Below, in pieces: positions 1 to 10,700 of a stretch of 60,215 nt of DNA. Below the pieces are notes generated by a model. It did no database searches. It was not told where the DNA came from and saw only the letters and a list, made by a program, of their open reading frames with translations. Where the stretch lies: positions 1 to 60,215 of the IMG/VR virus record IMGVR_UViG_3300012893_000001. One strand, 5' to 3'. How positions within the stretch are numbered: position 1 is the first letter of the stretch; each line of letters starts with the position of its first letter. The DNA is from a virus (taxonomy: Duplodnaviria > Caudoviricetes). Position numbers and translations under genes: made by a program.

Positions 1-132
1 AACCCGCTGGAGCATACCGCCATCAAATATATTGCACGTCGTAAACCGGAAAGCCGCATTCAGGATCTGGAAAAGGCTATCCACACTATCCAGCTGTTAA
101 TTGAATGGGAAAAAGAAAATGTCAAAGACTAA
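1..132 (+). CDS. C-terminal part of DUF3310 (T7 gp1.7-like) protein, 5' truncated
   Basis: Frame 1 reads NPLEHTAIKYIARRKPESRIQDLEKAIHTIQLLIEWEKENVKD*; the IKY..R...DLEKA motif is typical of the family. Confidence 0.7.
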   Translation, partial: NPLEHTAIKYIARRKPESRIQDLEKAIHTIQLLIEWEKENVKD

Positions 133-514
133 ATACTTTGATTTACCGGAAGGGGTAACACCTGCTGATATCGCTGCCGCTGCCGACTTACCCCTCGTAG
201 ACCGCCGGGCGGAGCGAGCGGCGGCGCTCACGGAGTTGACAGGATTATCCGGGCCTCGTGAGTCGGCAAACTACGGTGATGGACTGGTGCCGTTCACAGG
301 GAACGCTACGCAGTTTTTCAGGAAACTGATTGCGGCATACCCGACCCGAAGGACAACGGAGCCGTACCGCACGCCGGACGGGGTTACCACTCAGGTGATG
401 ACGGACACGTCCAACGGAAGGAATACCGTGGTGGCGATGTGGCAACGGGCTAAAGGTTACGCCGAAGGCGTCTATTTTTTAAGAGAAAAGGATATGTGGA
501 ATGCCAAAGACTAA
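119..514 (+). CDS. hypothetical protein
   Basis: ATG at 119 (MSKTKY) overlaps the upstream gene end; coupled to rdgC. Confidence 0.65.
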   Translation: MSKTKYFDLPEGVTPADIAAAADLPLVDRRAERAAALTELTGLSGPRESANYGDGLVPFTGNATQFFRKLIAAYPTRRTTEPYRTPDGVTTQVMTDTSNGRNTVVAMWQRAKGYAEGVYFLREKDMWNAKD

Positions 515-1412
515 CGTCACCGTGCTAAAGCTGCACGACGAGTACGAAGCTGATCGTTTCCTGTCTGGGATTCAGGCAAAACTGGAAGCGTGCCAGTATA
601 CGCCGTGCGCTGCCGGGAATGAACACGCCACAGGATTCATTGAGCCGGATATAGAAAAGCCGGACGTGTTCACCCGCGTGCATAACGACATCATCTACGC
701 CCGCATCATGGTGGAAACACGCAAGGTGCCCGATAAGGTTGCCAATGCCATGGCCGCTAAACGCATCGCTAAGATTGAGCTTGACGGGCGGAAGGTCAGC
801 GTTGACCAGCAGTTGCAGATCATGGCGCAGGTCAAAGCCGAACTGTGGGAAAACATCAGCCCGGAATACACCCAGTACTGGGTGGCAATCGACGCGGCCA
901 ATCGCCTGACATACTACTTTGCGCCGGGCGCTAAGTCAGAAGACATCAGCGGGCTGTTGCGCAAGGCGTTCGAATCATGGCCGGTAGAAACGCCATGGGA
1001 CGCAATCGGTCTGAATGAAGCCGTGGGCAAGTATATCAACGGCGTAGATATCGGCTTTTACATTGACCTGATCGACACGCTGGATATTGGGCGCGGCAAG
1101 AAGACAGCCAAGTTCCGGGGGTGTGAAGACCTGCGGTCAGTCGCCATCCAGAAAAGCTGGGTAGACATGCCGCAGATGCAGAAGGTCGGCATCTTCTTCC
1201 CGGATCTGGAGCTGGACGCCGACGTAACGTTACATGGTCACTTCCAGTTCGAACGTGAGTTTAAAGAAGACGACGAAGAACTGTATGACTCACACGGGGC
1301 TTTTGCTGACGTCATTCTCGGTCAGGACACCACGTCTAAGATGTTCGGCCTAATCCGCCGTATCGCGGCCAAGCACGTCCCAGCCGGGACAACTAAGAAG
1401 GTGACACGCTGA
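501..1412 (+). CDS. rdgC: recombination-associated protein RdgC
   Basis: 303 aa; TGFIEP...ETRKVP...VKAEL...WVAID pattern and size match RdgC. Confidence 0.8.
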   Translation: MPKTNVTVLKLHDEYEADRFLSGIQAKLEACQYTPCAAGNEHATGFIEPDIEKPDVFTRVHNDIIYARIMVETRKVPDKVANAMAAKRIAKIELDGRKVSVDQQLQIMAQVKAELWENISPEYTQYWVAIDAANRLTYYFAPGAKSEDISGLLRKAFESWPVETPWDAIGLNEAVGKYINGVDIGFYIDLIDTLDIGRGKKTAKFRGCEDLRSVAIQKSWVDMPQMQKVGIFFPDLELDADVTLHGHFQFEREFKEDDEELYDSHGAFADVILGQDTTSKMFGLIRRIAAKHVPAGTTKKVTR

Positions 1413-1942
1413 TGCAAACTATCGACCAGATCATTGACGGTATCCTCAAAGCCGAAGGGGGCTACGTCAACAATCCGAATGACAACGGTGGACCGACCAA
1501 CTTCGGGATAACCGCAGCCACATACGCGGCGAACGGATTCCGGGATAACGTGCGGGATATGACCGAAATACAGGCGTATGAAATTTACCGTAAACAGTAC
1601 GTTATCGCGCCGGGCTTCGATAAGGTCATCACGTACTCATCGCCTATCGCGGCGGAGCTGGTGGATACCGGCGTGAATATGGGCACCGGCACGGCGGGTA
1701 AATTCCTCCAGCGTTCACTCAACGCGCTGACCGGAGCAGGGCTTGTGGTGGACGGCAAGGTCGGCCCCACGACACTGAACGTATTAAAAAGTTTCCTCAA
1801 TGCGCGCAATGGCACCGGGGAACAGGTGTTACTTAAAGCGCTGAATTCACTGCAATGCGCCCGCTACATTGAGTTGGTGGAGCAGAATGCAAAACAACGA
1901 TCCTTTATATATGGCTGGATTGCGAACCGGGTGGTGATATAA
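1412..1942 (+). CDS. endolysin, glycoside hydrolase family 108 with peptidoglycan-binding domain
   Basis: EGGYVNNPNDNGGPTNFGIT, DTGVNMG, LVVDGKVGPTT, FIYGWIANRV. Confidence 0.92.
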   Translation: MQTIDQIIDGILKAEGGYVNNPNDNGGPTNFGITAATYAANGFRDNVRDMTEIQAYEIYRKQYVIAPGFDKVITYSSPIAAELVDTGVNMGTGTAGKFLQRSLNALTGAGLVVDGKVGPTTLNVLKSFLNARNGTGEQVLLKALNSLQCARYIELVEQNAKQRSFIYGWIANRVVI

Positions 1943-2007
1943 TGCGCTTCTGGGATTACGTAGTTTTAGCGGTAGTCCTCCTCATCGTGTGGATTCTACT
2001 CAGATAA
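1942..2007 (+). CDS. 21-aa single-TM micropeptide
   Basis: TAATG coupling to the endolysin; MRFWDYVVLAVVLLIVWILLR*. Confidence 0.5.
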   Translation: MRFWDYVVLAVVLLIVWILLR

Positions 2008-2018
2008 AGGAACATAGC

Positions 2019-2279
2019 ATGGTAGCGAAAAAGCACATCGGAAGTGCCGTTGTAGTCACGTTGGGTACGGTAGGTGCCATGTTCCAATTCTTCCCGGACG
2101 CCGTACTGGGGGCATGGCACATGATGCCTGACGATTTAAAAGCCTCACTGCCGCCTATCGCCGTGAAGTGGATCAGCTACGCGCTGTTCTTCCTGAGCGT
2201 TGTCGGGCGACTGTGGCCTCGTAAGGTACAGACCGATGGTAAAAGTGATAGTGGATCAGGTGGCGCGGGACATGATTAA
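2019..2279 (+). CDS. holin (2 TM)
   Basis: AAGGA RBS; two hydrophobic segments; W..MP.DLK..LP pattern; lies between endolysin and spanins. Confidence 0.7.
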   Translation: MVAKKHIGSAVVVTLGTVGAMFQFFPDAVLGAWHMMPDDLKASLPPIAVKWISYALFFLSVVGRLWPRKVQTDGKSDSGSGGAGHD

Positions 2280-2364
2280 ATTCCTGTGCATGTTGGCAGC
2301 GATAGCCTTTTTCTGTGGCGTCGCGGTAGCAGTGGGCTTTACCGTGGCGGTGTGCTATGCGTAG
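2272..2364 (+). CDS. 30-aa hydrophobic micropeptide
   Basis: MIKFLCMLAAIAFFCGVAVAVGFTVAVCYA*; overlaps the holin stop; GGGA upstream. Confidence 0.45.
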   Translation: MIKFLCMLAAIAFFCGVAVAVGFTVAVCYA

Positions 2365-2455
2365 CGCTATCCTTCAGATTATGGCTGGCGCTGCGATATA
2401 CTCCGTCGTTTTCTTCGTGACAATGGTGGTACTCAATGCTATCGACAATTTATAA
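2357..2455 (+). CDS. 32-aa hydrophobic micropeptide
   Basis: MRSAILQIMAGAAIYSVVFFVTMVVLNAIDNL*; overlaps both neighbours. Confidence 0.45.
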   Translation: MRSAILQIMAGAAIYSVVFFVTMVVLNAIDNL

Positions 2456-2732
2456 ATGGCTGGCGATTGCCGCCGCCGCCGCAGTAGGCATCTTCGGTAT
2501 CTGGGCAGCTGGCCGCTCCAATGGCAAAGCGACGGAAACGGTAGAGGCCACCAAGGAACAGATGACCGAGGTAGCACAGGACGCTGCCGCATCCGTGGAC
2601 GCCCAGCAAAAGGCGACTACAATACAGGTGTCAACCATTAAGGTGGCTAATGATGTTGCTACGAAAGTTAATGCTGGTGCTCCCGGTGCTGCTGCTGATG
2701 AGCTGCGGAACAAATGGAGTCGGGATAAGTAA
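2436..2732 (+). CDS. inner-membrane spanin (Rz-like)
   Basis: N-terminal TM followed by an Ala-rich helical periplasmic domain; overlaps a lipoprotein gene. Confidence 0.75.
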   Translation: MLSTIYKWLAIAAAAAVGIFGIWAAGRSNGKATETVEATKEQMTEVAQDAAASVDAQQKATTIQVSTIKVANDVATKVNAGAPGAAADELRNKWSRDK

Positions 2733-2907
2733 ACCGCCTGTCGTGAAGGTCATAGACACGGCGTGCAGCTGGACGAATTATATCTACATCAGCAAAGACG
2801 ACGTGTTGACCGACGGGACTGCCCGGCAGATCCTAGCCTATAACGAAACCCGACAGGAGAATTGTGATGGGAAAGGGACTGGGGCTGACCCGGCGAACGG
2901 GGGATAG
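2650..2907 (+). CDS. outer-membrane spanin lipoprotein (Rz1-like)
   Basis: Lipobox LLMSC; DTAC.W...I...D.LT..TARQI..HN/YN..C pattern; overlaps the i-spanin 3' end. Confidence 0.8.
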   Translation: MMLLRKLMLVLPVLLLMSCGTNGVGISKPPVVKVIDTACSWTNYIYISKDDVLTDGTARQILAYNETRQENCDGKGTGADPANGG

Positions 2908-3067
2908 CGTGTACATCGGTGAGGACATCGTGGTGACGGTGGACTCAGTGAGCGGGGGTGAGGTGAAGCTGACAATCAAAGCGCCCCCGGATGTGGCTAT
3001 CAATCGTGACGCGGCATACGTTGGCTTGAAAATCGCAGCCAGCAGGAAGAAAACTAAAGGGGCTTAG
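2867..3067 (+). CDS. csrA: carbon storage regulator CsrA/RsmA homologue
   Basis: LGLTRRTGDSVYIGEDIVVTV...EVKLTIKAPPDVAINRD aligns with [21 protein letters not shown]...VRIGVNAPKEVSVHREE. Confidence 0.85.
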   Translation: MGKGLGLTRRTGDSVYIGEDIVVTVDSVSGGEVKLTIKAPPDVAINRDAAYVGLKIAASRKKTKGA

Positions 3068-3080
3068 TGCCCCTTTTTTA
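3056..3080. terminator. bidirectional terminator at a convergence point
   Basis: AAAGGGGC-TTAGT-GCCCCTTT followed by a T-run, with A-rich sequence on the other side. Confidence 0.7.
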
Positions 3081-3300
3081 ATTGCTCAATTTCCAGTTTC
3101 AGGTACTGGATTTCTTTCAGCGCAGCGGCCAAGTCGGAAGCCAGCTGAATGAGGCGCTCATTGTCCAGACGTTCGTCCTTCTCTTTCTTGCGCTCATGGT
3201 ATTGGTTCAGTGCGTGACGCACGAGGTTATACAGACACGCCAGTGCCAGCAGCGTGATAGACGGGTTGCCACCTTTGAATAACTCCGAAATCTCAAGCAT
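3064..3300 (-). CDS. small membrane-anchored coiled-coil protein
   Basis: MLEISELF...ITLLALACLYNLV then a charged helical tail; start overlaps the upstream gene. Confidence 0.6.
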   Translation of the reverse strand: MLEISELFKGGNPSITLLALACLYNLVRHALNQYHERKKEKDERLDNERLIQLASDLAAALKEIQYLKLEIEQLKKGH

Positions 3301-3658
3301 GAGCCAAGTCCCACCATGTAGCCGCAGCACACAACCAGTAAATCGCGATTGTGATAGGCGAGTGGCTGAAATGATAGACCGTGGTGGCGAGGTACATCCA
3401 GAAAACCGCCGAGCCAAACGCAACGATCCAGTGAAGTGTGGTGTTGATAAAAAGCTTGGGACTGCGGGAGATTACGATTTGTGCCGAGCCTAACCCGAAT
3501 GCAGCGACAATCCATACTTGCGTCGGTGCCATCGTGGCAAGCTGTTCGGCCAGTGGCTGTTTAAATAGAATCATCATGACCGCCCATACAATGGCAATCA
3601 TGCCTACGACATTCTCAATCCGTGTGAGTCGTAACATCGTTTTATCGTCCGTAAGCAT
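3293..3658 (-). CDS. membrane protein, about 4 TM
   Basis: Four hydrophobic segments; GAGG RBS. Confidence 0.65.
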   Translation of the reverse strand: MLTDDKTMLRLTRIENVVGMIAIVWAVMMILFKQPLAEQLATMAPTQVWIVAAFGLGSAQIVISRSPKLFINTTLHWIVAFGSAVFWMYLATTVYHFSHSPITIAIYWLCAAATWWDLAHA

Positions 3659-3675
3659 TAGATACCCTCATGTTA

Positions 3676-4302
3676 TCAGGCGCGCAATGATTGGTCAAAA
3701 GCTGACGTAATAATGGCCGCTGTCCCTGCTGTTCTGCGCACCGCGAAAAACCATCCTATCGGTAGCATAGCAGCCAGCTGCCCCCTGTCTATTGAGGCTA
3801 GTCCTATTGTGAGCGCGATACCGGTCAGGCCGGAGCGCCACGTAGCGATGGCAAACCCTGACCCCGTGGCTACCGCAGCCGTCGGCCCTATCCATAATTC
3901 CATGGTGTCGGTCTGCGCGCTCGCGACGGTGACGGTGTAAGTGGCCTCGACCATGACCGAGATAAATGCGGGCTTGGTGGTAGATGTGGCTTGATATGCG
4001 GTAGCCAGCGCGAGTGAGCGTGCGGTAGGGGCTTGCGGGTTGATTGCCCGGGCGTCGGTGTACGTGTTGGCTGCGGCCAGTGTCGCAGTGTCACCGTTTG
4101 CCCGGGCTGTCGCTTCGGCGGTATCGGCAGCGCCCCGTGTCGCCGCCTCTGCGTTCACCAGCGACGTGGCGTTTGCGTTGGCTGACGATAGGGTTGACGC
4201 GTCCCCCGCAATGCGTGCGGCAATCTCTGCGTTGAGGTCGGCAGCAGATGCGCTCCCGGTTCCGTTGCGCAGGTTGATACTGGATTGGAATTTGGTGCTC
4301 AT
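3676..4302 (-). CDS. short fibre-like virion protein
   Basis: E..AR..(G/A)D coiled-coil stalk repeats and AN.YTD motif, then a beta-rich head. Confidence 0.55.
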   Translation of the reverse strand: MSTKFQSSINLRNGTGSASAADLNAEIAARIAGDASTLSSANANATSLVNAEAATRGAADTAEATARANGDTATLAAANTYTDARAINPQAPTARSLALATAYQATSTTKPAFISVMVEATYTVTVASAQTDTMELWIGPTAAVATGSGFAIATWRSGLTGIALTIGLASIDRGQLAAMLPIGWFFAVRRTAGTAAIITSAFDQSLRA

Positions 4303-4670
4303 CAGCTCACCCCCAACACGGTCAGGCGCATCTGGATATCCGCCGTCGCCATAATGTGGACAGAAGTTTGCCGGGATATTAGCCCGTAGATGTCCCGGAT
4401 AAATGCGAGGTCGCCAGTCGTTGCCGGGATTTCCACAGGGTCGCCCAGACCAAACCAGTTATCTGATCCGGTAGCGGCAGTGGTCAGCGTAGGGAATATA
4501 TTCACGGTAGTGCCAGCGTGCGCGGGCGTCACGGATGGGAATAGAAATTCAAATTCGAAATCTTCATACGCGGCCACAAGGGTCGGGGGCACGACAATGA
4601 TCTGCGGAGAACCGGCAGGGATTGTGACAAAGGTGTTTGCATCGGGGTACGAAAATATAGTGAAAGCCAT
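4302..4670 (-). CDS. hypothetical, probably structural, protein
   Basis: 122-aa beta-rich ORF; TGATG coupling to the next gene. Confidence 0.6.
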   Translation of the reverse strand: MAFTIFSYPDANTFVTIPAGSPQIIVVPPTLVAAYEDFEFEFLFPSVTPAHAGTTVNIFPTLTTAATGSDNWFGLGDPVEIPATTGDLAFIRDIYGLISRQTSVHIMATADIQMRLTVLGVS

Positions 4671-4724
4671 GACACACCATCCATTGATGTAGAGCGATCC
4701 ATTCGCACATATAGGCTATCTCAT

Positions 4725-4750
4725 AAAAACGCCCCGGTAAAGGGGCGCTC
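4725..4750 (-). terminator. rho-independent terminator
   Basis: On the - strand CGCCCC-TTTACC-GGGGCG-TTTTT right after the stop of the 2263-aa gene. Confidence 0.75.
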
Positions 4751-4753
4751 CTG

Positions 4754-7700
4754 TTACTTTTTGAGTTCTCGCCAATATTTGTCATTGACAGTCTTGGCAA
4801 TCTCATTTTTCTTCACGGTAATGGCGTCCAGCTGCGTGCGTTTTTCCTCCGCCGTTAACGTCGAGTCAGCCAGAATATCTTTAGACTGGCGGGATAAATC
4901 ACTGAGACGTTTCGCGGCTTTCTCAATGCCTTTGCTCGCGCCAATTTCGTCAGCGTATTTATCCCGGGCAGCTTCCACCCCATCATAATCGTGACGCTCT
5001 TTGTACGTTTTGATGGTGGCATTCGCTTTGCGGGTCATCTGCTGCATATCGTAAACCCGGGACACGTATTTGCTGGACTTGTTATCCGGCTTGCGGAAGA
5101 TATCCGCCACCGGGTAGTCCCCTTCCGGGCGAGCCGGAGACACGTTGTCAGAGACTCCCATGCGGTACATGCTGTCAGCGGAGGCCAGCACATATTGCCC
5201 CACGCTGCCTGTGTATCCTTCCAGCAGATGCTGCAAACGCACTGGGCTGCGCAGGAAGTCCGGGAAGGACTCTGGCAGTTTCTTGGCGAGGTCGGCCAGC
5301 AGCTGCGGTGTGTACGCATCGGCTTGGTCAGGTGCTTCCTGATACTTCATGCCTTCGCTGACGATAGGTCTATCCATGAAGAAATCTTTGTTAAAGACAT
5401 CCTGCACGATAGGGCTGATCGCCTGCGGGATAGGGTTCATGGCAAAGGTATTCAGCGCCAGATCCTGCATGGAGTTCCAGAATACTTTATCGTCCCGCGT
5501 GGCCGCTTCATACCCACGTTCCAGAACGGTTCCGAACAGGGTGCCCACTTCGAACGGTTTAGGGATCTGCACGAAACCGCCCTGCGTTGGAATAATCCAG
5601 TAGTTGTTGCGCACCTGCTCATTGAGCGCCCAGTAGCGTTCGTCATCACGGTTCATCGCCATCAGCGCCATAGTACCGGCAGCAATCAGTGCGCCTTTCA
5701 ACATGAAGCTGCGGGAGTCATCTTTAGCACCACGCACCAGACGGTCAAAGCCCTGAATACGGGCGTTCATGAATGGCACGGTATTCAGGAAGAAACTTAG
5801 CACCTGACTGTCACCCCGGCGTGAAAAGTTCATCACGTCATTGGCTTGGTACGCGGCTTCCGTCACGCTGCCTGTCTTTTTCAGCACGTCATTATATACG
5901 GCCATGCGGGTGCCCATCTCGCCCGCTTCCAGTCCCTTCTCAAACCCGCCGACTAATTTATGTACGGATTTTTTCAGGAAATTTTCTTTGGTCATGCCGC
6001 GCAACTGTTTTGCCAGTGCGTCCGGGCGTGCCCCATCATACCCGCCAGAGAAGCCGCCGGACTGGCGGTAGGCGTGGACGTTGCCTGACTCCCGGATAGT
6101 GTCAATGGAACCTTTCAGTGCGGTGATGATCGGGCGCATGGTCAGGCTATCCGCAATAATCTGCCCTACGCCACGACGTCCCGCCGCCTGCGTCTGGGTC
6201 ACGTAGTTGCCCAGAATGTCACGGGTAATGTTACGCAGCACAAAGCCCGGCGTTGCGGTGACGGTGCGGGTCAGCAGCTGTTTAGGCCAGCCCAGTACAC
6301 GCATGATGGTATTCACCGTGCGCGGACCTACCTGATTGATGGCGCGCATCAGTGACGGGTCAGTCACCCGGTAATACTGGCGCTTGCCGTCGAACATGAC
6401 CGACACGATATCCTTGCCCACTGGCGGCGCAGTGGTGAACATTTTGCTGTACTCCTCTGACATGGTTTTATCCATGCCGTTGATGGAGATACCCAGCTCG
6501 TTCATTGCCTTTTTCATCTCGGCGTTTTTGATGTCAACCGGCTTAAACTGCACAGGGACTTTTTCCATCCCGATGCCTTCCGCCAGATCCACAACCATCT
6601 GGCCGACCCGGTTGTTGTAGGAGGACTGGATCATGTGGCTGGCGTTGCGCAGGATATTGTTGATGATGTCAACTTTACCCGTGCCGCCTTTCAGCGTCTT
6701 GATGCCGGTGGACTGGTTCGTGAAACTGCGGCCAGCCCCGCCCGGCGCTGTGGTACGGTCAAGCTCGTCGGCCACACGGTACAATGGCACATAGTCATCC
6801 TTGTCCCAAATTTTACGGGCAGCAGGGTCTAGCGTGCCTGACTGCTCGGCAAAGTCCAGCAGCTCTGTTTTGAATTGCTGGTACTCTTTGTGTGCCTCAT
6901 TGAACGCCTTGCGCAACTCCGGCTTGCTGTTCACATAGCTGGTCACTTTGTCAACGTCTTCCTGCGTGTACAGATTTTCGCGCCCTTCTTTCAGCAGGCG
7001 GTTAGCACGGACGGCACCCGCCCAGTACTCCCACAGTGCCAGCTGATTGCCCTTCATTTTGGCGATAGGTTCGAAGATCTGCATCAGGCCTTTTGTGCCC
7101 GGGCGTGTCACGATATCCCCTTTCGGACTCCACATCGGCGTGCCGACATTCATCGCACTGGCAATGATTGAGTTAATCTGGCGGCTATTGGTCGCCATCT
7201 TATACGCGGACTCTGCGCCCACATTCAGGTCACCGCCGGTCTTCATGCGCTCATACTGAGCGATAGGGGACAAGTCATCCACCATGCTTTGATACGCGTT
7301 GTGCGCGGCTTCCTTGCGCACGTTGTTGTCCATGATGGCGTTGATGGTGGATGTAAGCGAGCCTTCTTCCACGTGCAGGACTTTGCGCATCCCCTCTTTG
7401 ATATCATCCGGCGCGACGGCATCCTCCACGCGACGGTCTTTGCGCAGGGAAGGCGACATATCATTCGGCGTCTCAAAGCGCATCGGGGCAATGCTTCGGC
7501 GCACATCGTCCGGGTCGATAGTCGTTTTACGCAGGTATTCGGTATTCGCCTTAACCAGATCGGCCACGTCTTGATACGTCGCACGGTCAGTCAACAGCCC
7601 GGCTTTTACCAGCATCTTGCGGATGGCTTCCAGAACCTGACGCACAACGCCAATCTTCTGCGCTTCCGCCGGGTTCTCCGCGACTGCCGCCACGACTTCC

Positions 7701-10700
7701 TCGGCAATCATGCGCTGGCCGTCCGGGGAATTCTGGTCATAGACGTCCGCATAGTTTTCGCGTACCTGTTTGAAGTACGGATCCAGACGTTTGTCTTTAC
7801 CTTCGGCTGCGGTGATCCTGTCCATCTGCGCATCGTACTGCTCTTTGGACAGGCGGGCGCGCAGGCCATAGTGCGCAATGATTTCGTGACGGAACTGCGC
7901 GTGTGCTTCTTCCTCACTGTGCAGGTTCTCGGCCACGGCAATGACTTCCACGCCGCCCGGGTTATAGAATGCCATGTATGTGCTGCCGTCGTCAGGCAAG
8001 CCCAGCTCAGACTGCTTTTCCACCACGGTGAATTTCAGATTCTCCGCGCCCTTCATGTCTTTGGTGAAAGACTGGTAGGCTTTGGTCACCTGCGCAGGCG
8101 TCAGGCTTTTCTTGCTCGACGGTGCGGACTTGGTGACTGACGGTATTTTCTTACTTAGGGTAGCGTGGTTTAAATCCTTCACCTGATTGTAAAGGTCGTA
8201 CACGGCTTTCGTCGTCTGGTAGCTCCCGGAGGAATTAGGGTTGTCTTTGATGCCATACGTCCCGTCATTGCGCTGGATAACTTGCCAGTGGTTGGGTGCG
8301 TCAGGTGTAAACCCACTAGCCACGATATCCACAGCGGAGCGCCCTTTCTGGCTGGCGATAGGCTTACGCATAGCCGCGCTTACTTTGGCCTGATCCACAA
8401 GATACTGGGCACGCGGGACGAATGCGTCAGACTCCGCAGCAGGCTTGGCGTCACGCATGGCGATCAGGTGTTTGCCGTACTCGACGCCCGTTTTCCCTAC
8501 GGTGTCCTGACGTAACGCATACGACCCCTGCACTTTTAATTGGTCGTGCCCGAATGGGCCGCGCTCAACTACCGCGCCTTTGTCCACGTACTGCCTGACG
8601 CGCTGCTCAATGTCTGCCGTTCCATCCAGACTGAGACTTTCCTTACTCAAGTGCTTTAACGCGTTAGCCCTAGCGGCGGGTTTCATTCCTTCTGTGAAAG
8701 ATTCCGCCTGACTGTTTTCCGGGGAATACGAGAGCCGAGCAACGACGTCGGCTTTACGTGCGGCAGCGGATTTCTTGCCCCAGTTACGATACGTCTCCAC
8801 ATACGCACGGTTGAATGCGGCAGAGCCTTCTTCGCCCGCGGCTCTTGCTGCGTCGAGTGCTGCGTCGGCGGCTTGGTCTTTCTGGTTGTCAGATAAATCT
8901 TTACGGATATGGCCCGGATTATTCACAAGCTGCGACATGGCCGCATCACTTGTTTTGTCCGTGTTGTTTTCCACCGCGTCTGCGTACTGATCGTAGAGTT
9001 TAGAATCTGGGGTAAGATGCGCGCCATACTTGCTGTGGAATTCATTATCTAACGCTTCGCGGGATTCGAATTCAGACAGGGGCTTACTAAGTGTGTGCGT
9101 AACCGCTTCCCGATAGCCTAACAGCCTTTCCGTTACGGTGTTGTTTACTGTTTCCGCAGGGGTAGCCTCTCTGATGCGCGGGGACTTGGCCGCTTCGGTA
9201 GGCCTGACTTCTTCCAGCGCGGCCACGTTGGCGTTACCGTTTTCATCAACCAGACGGGCAGCACGTCCCTGAATTTTATCCACGGTGTACTGGTTGCCAT
9301 TCCATTCGACTTTGGCACCCGGCGCGACACCACGATCAGCCGCGTCTTTCACCATCTGATTAGTGATCTCTACCGGGTTGCCTTTCTTCTTCGCGGAGAA
9401 CGGCACGGACGGTGCTTTAGGCGTGACAGGGGTTTCCTCCGCAGTCGATACGGATTCGCCCACGGTGGCGTCAGGCAGACGCGCAGCTTTCTGTGCGGCG
9501 GTTTCGCGCCCACGCTGCGCCATAGTCGGCTTCGCTTCTACAGCGGGCGCGACAATAGTGCTATCAGGCGCAGATGGAAGTGGTGGCAGTTTGATTCCAG
9601 CCACGTCTGGGGTTCTGTTGACCACAGGTGACTCGGCAGGCTGTACTTCACTGCCCACGACAGGCGTTTCAGTTGCATTGTTTTTATCCTCTACGACAGG
9701 CGCAACGCTATCGTTAATTGGTTTTGGAAGCGGCGGCAATTTGATTCCAGATACGTCTCCGGTTGCAGCCCGTACATCCGGTGCGGCAGTTTGTGCAACA
9801 GGTAATTCACGGCTAAAGACAGGCGTTTCAGTTGCATTTTTTTCACCCGGGAGTGGTGCGAGGTTAGAGAAGTCTGACGGTGGTTTGACGCCACGGGAAG
9901 CCATTGACGGGGCGCGTTCATCCACCGGGCTATTAATCTGAGTACGGTTAGTCATGTCAACCGGCGGCGCGATTTCGCCCGGCATTGCGATGACCGACGT
10001 TTTACCCGGGGCAGGGAGTCCCAGTGTTTCGCCCGGAGTGGGGCCGACGTCACCCTGTGCAAGCTGATCTTCCACGAGTTGCTGCGGAGTCTTTGAGTTC
10101 TCGCCACGCAATGCTGCGGCTACATCATCCGGCTGCTGGCGCAGATATGCCGGGATCTGCATCTGGTCAAGCCCATACCCCAGTGCCTTGGCCGCATCAC
10201 GCGGTTGCATGACCTGAGAGGCCAGCTGGCTAAGTGCGTCACCTTCGGCACCCGGTTGTGCCACCTGCTGCTTTAACGCATCCAGTGCGTCACGAGGCGC
10301 GGCACCGGCTTGGCGTTGCGCCTGATACGCTGCGAACTGGTCAGGCGTCACTTCTGGTTTAGGCGCGGCAGGAGGGGGCACCGTGCCCGCTTCCGCAGCC
10401 ATGGCATCATATTCGCCCTCCGGCACCGGCACGGTTTGGCCGGGCGCATTCTGGTTAACTGTGTCAGCCACCGTCTCACCAGACTTACCTGACAGCATAC
10501 CCGGGGCGTGGATAGTGCCGTGGATTGCGCCACCCGCACCTGCACCGACAATTCCGTTATACGCCACGTCTTTCAGAAATTCGCCTACGGTCATCTTGTC
10601 ATTAAGCACGCCGATGTCGTACCCGTTCTGCAACGCCTGCGTCACAGCTTCCTGCGCGCCTTCCGCGATAGCCGACTTGCCAAGGTCAGACAGCGCGTTC

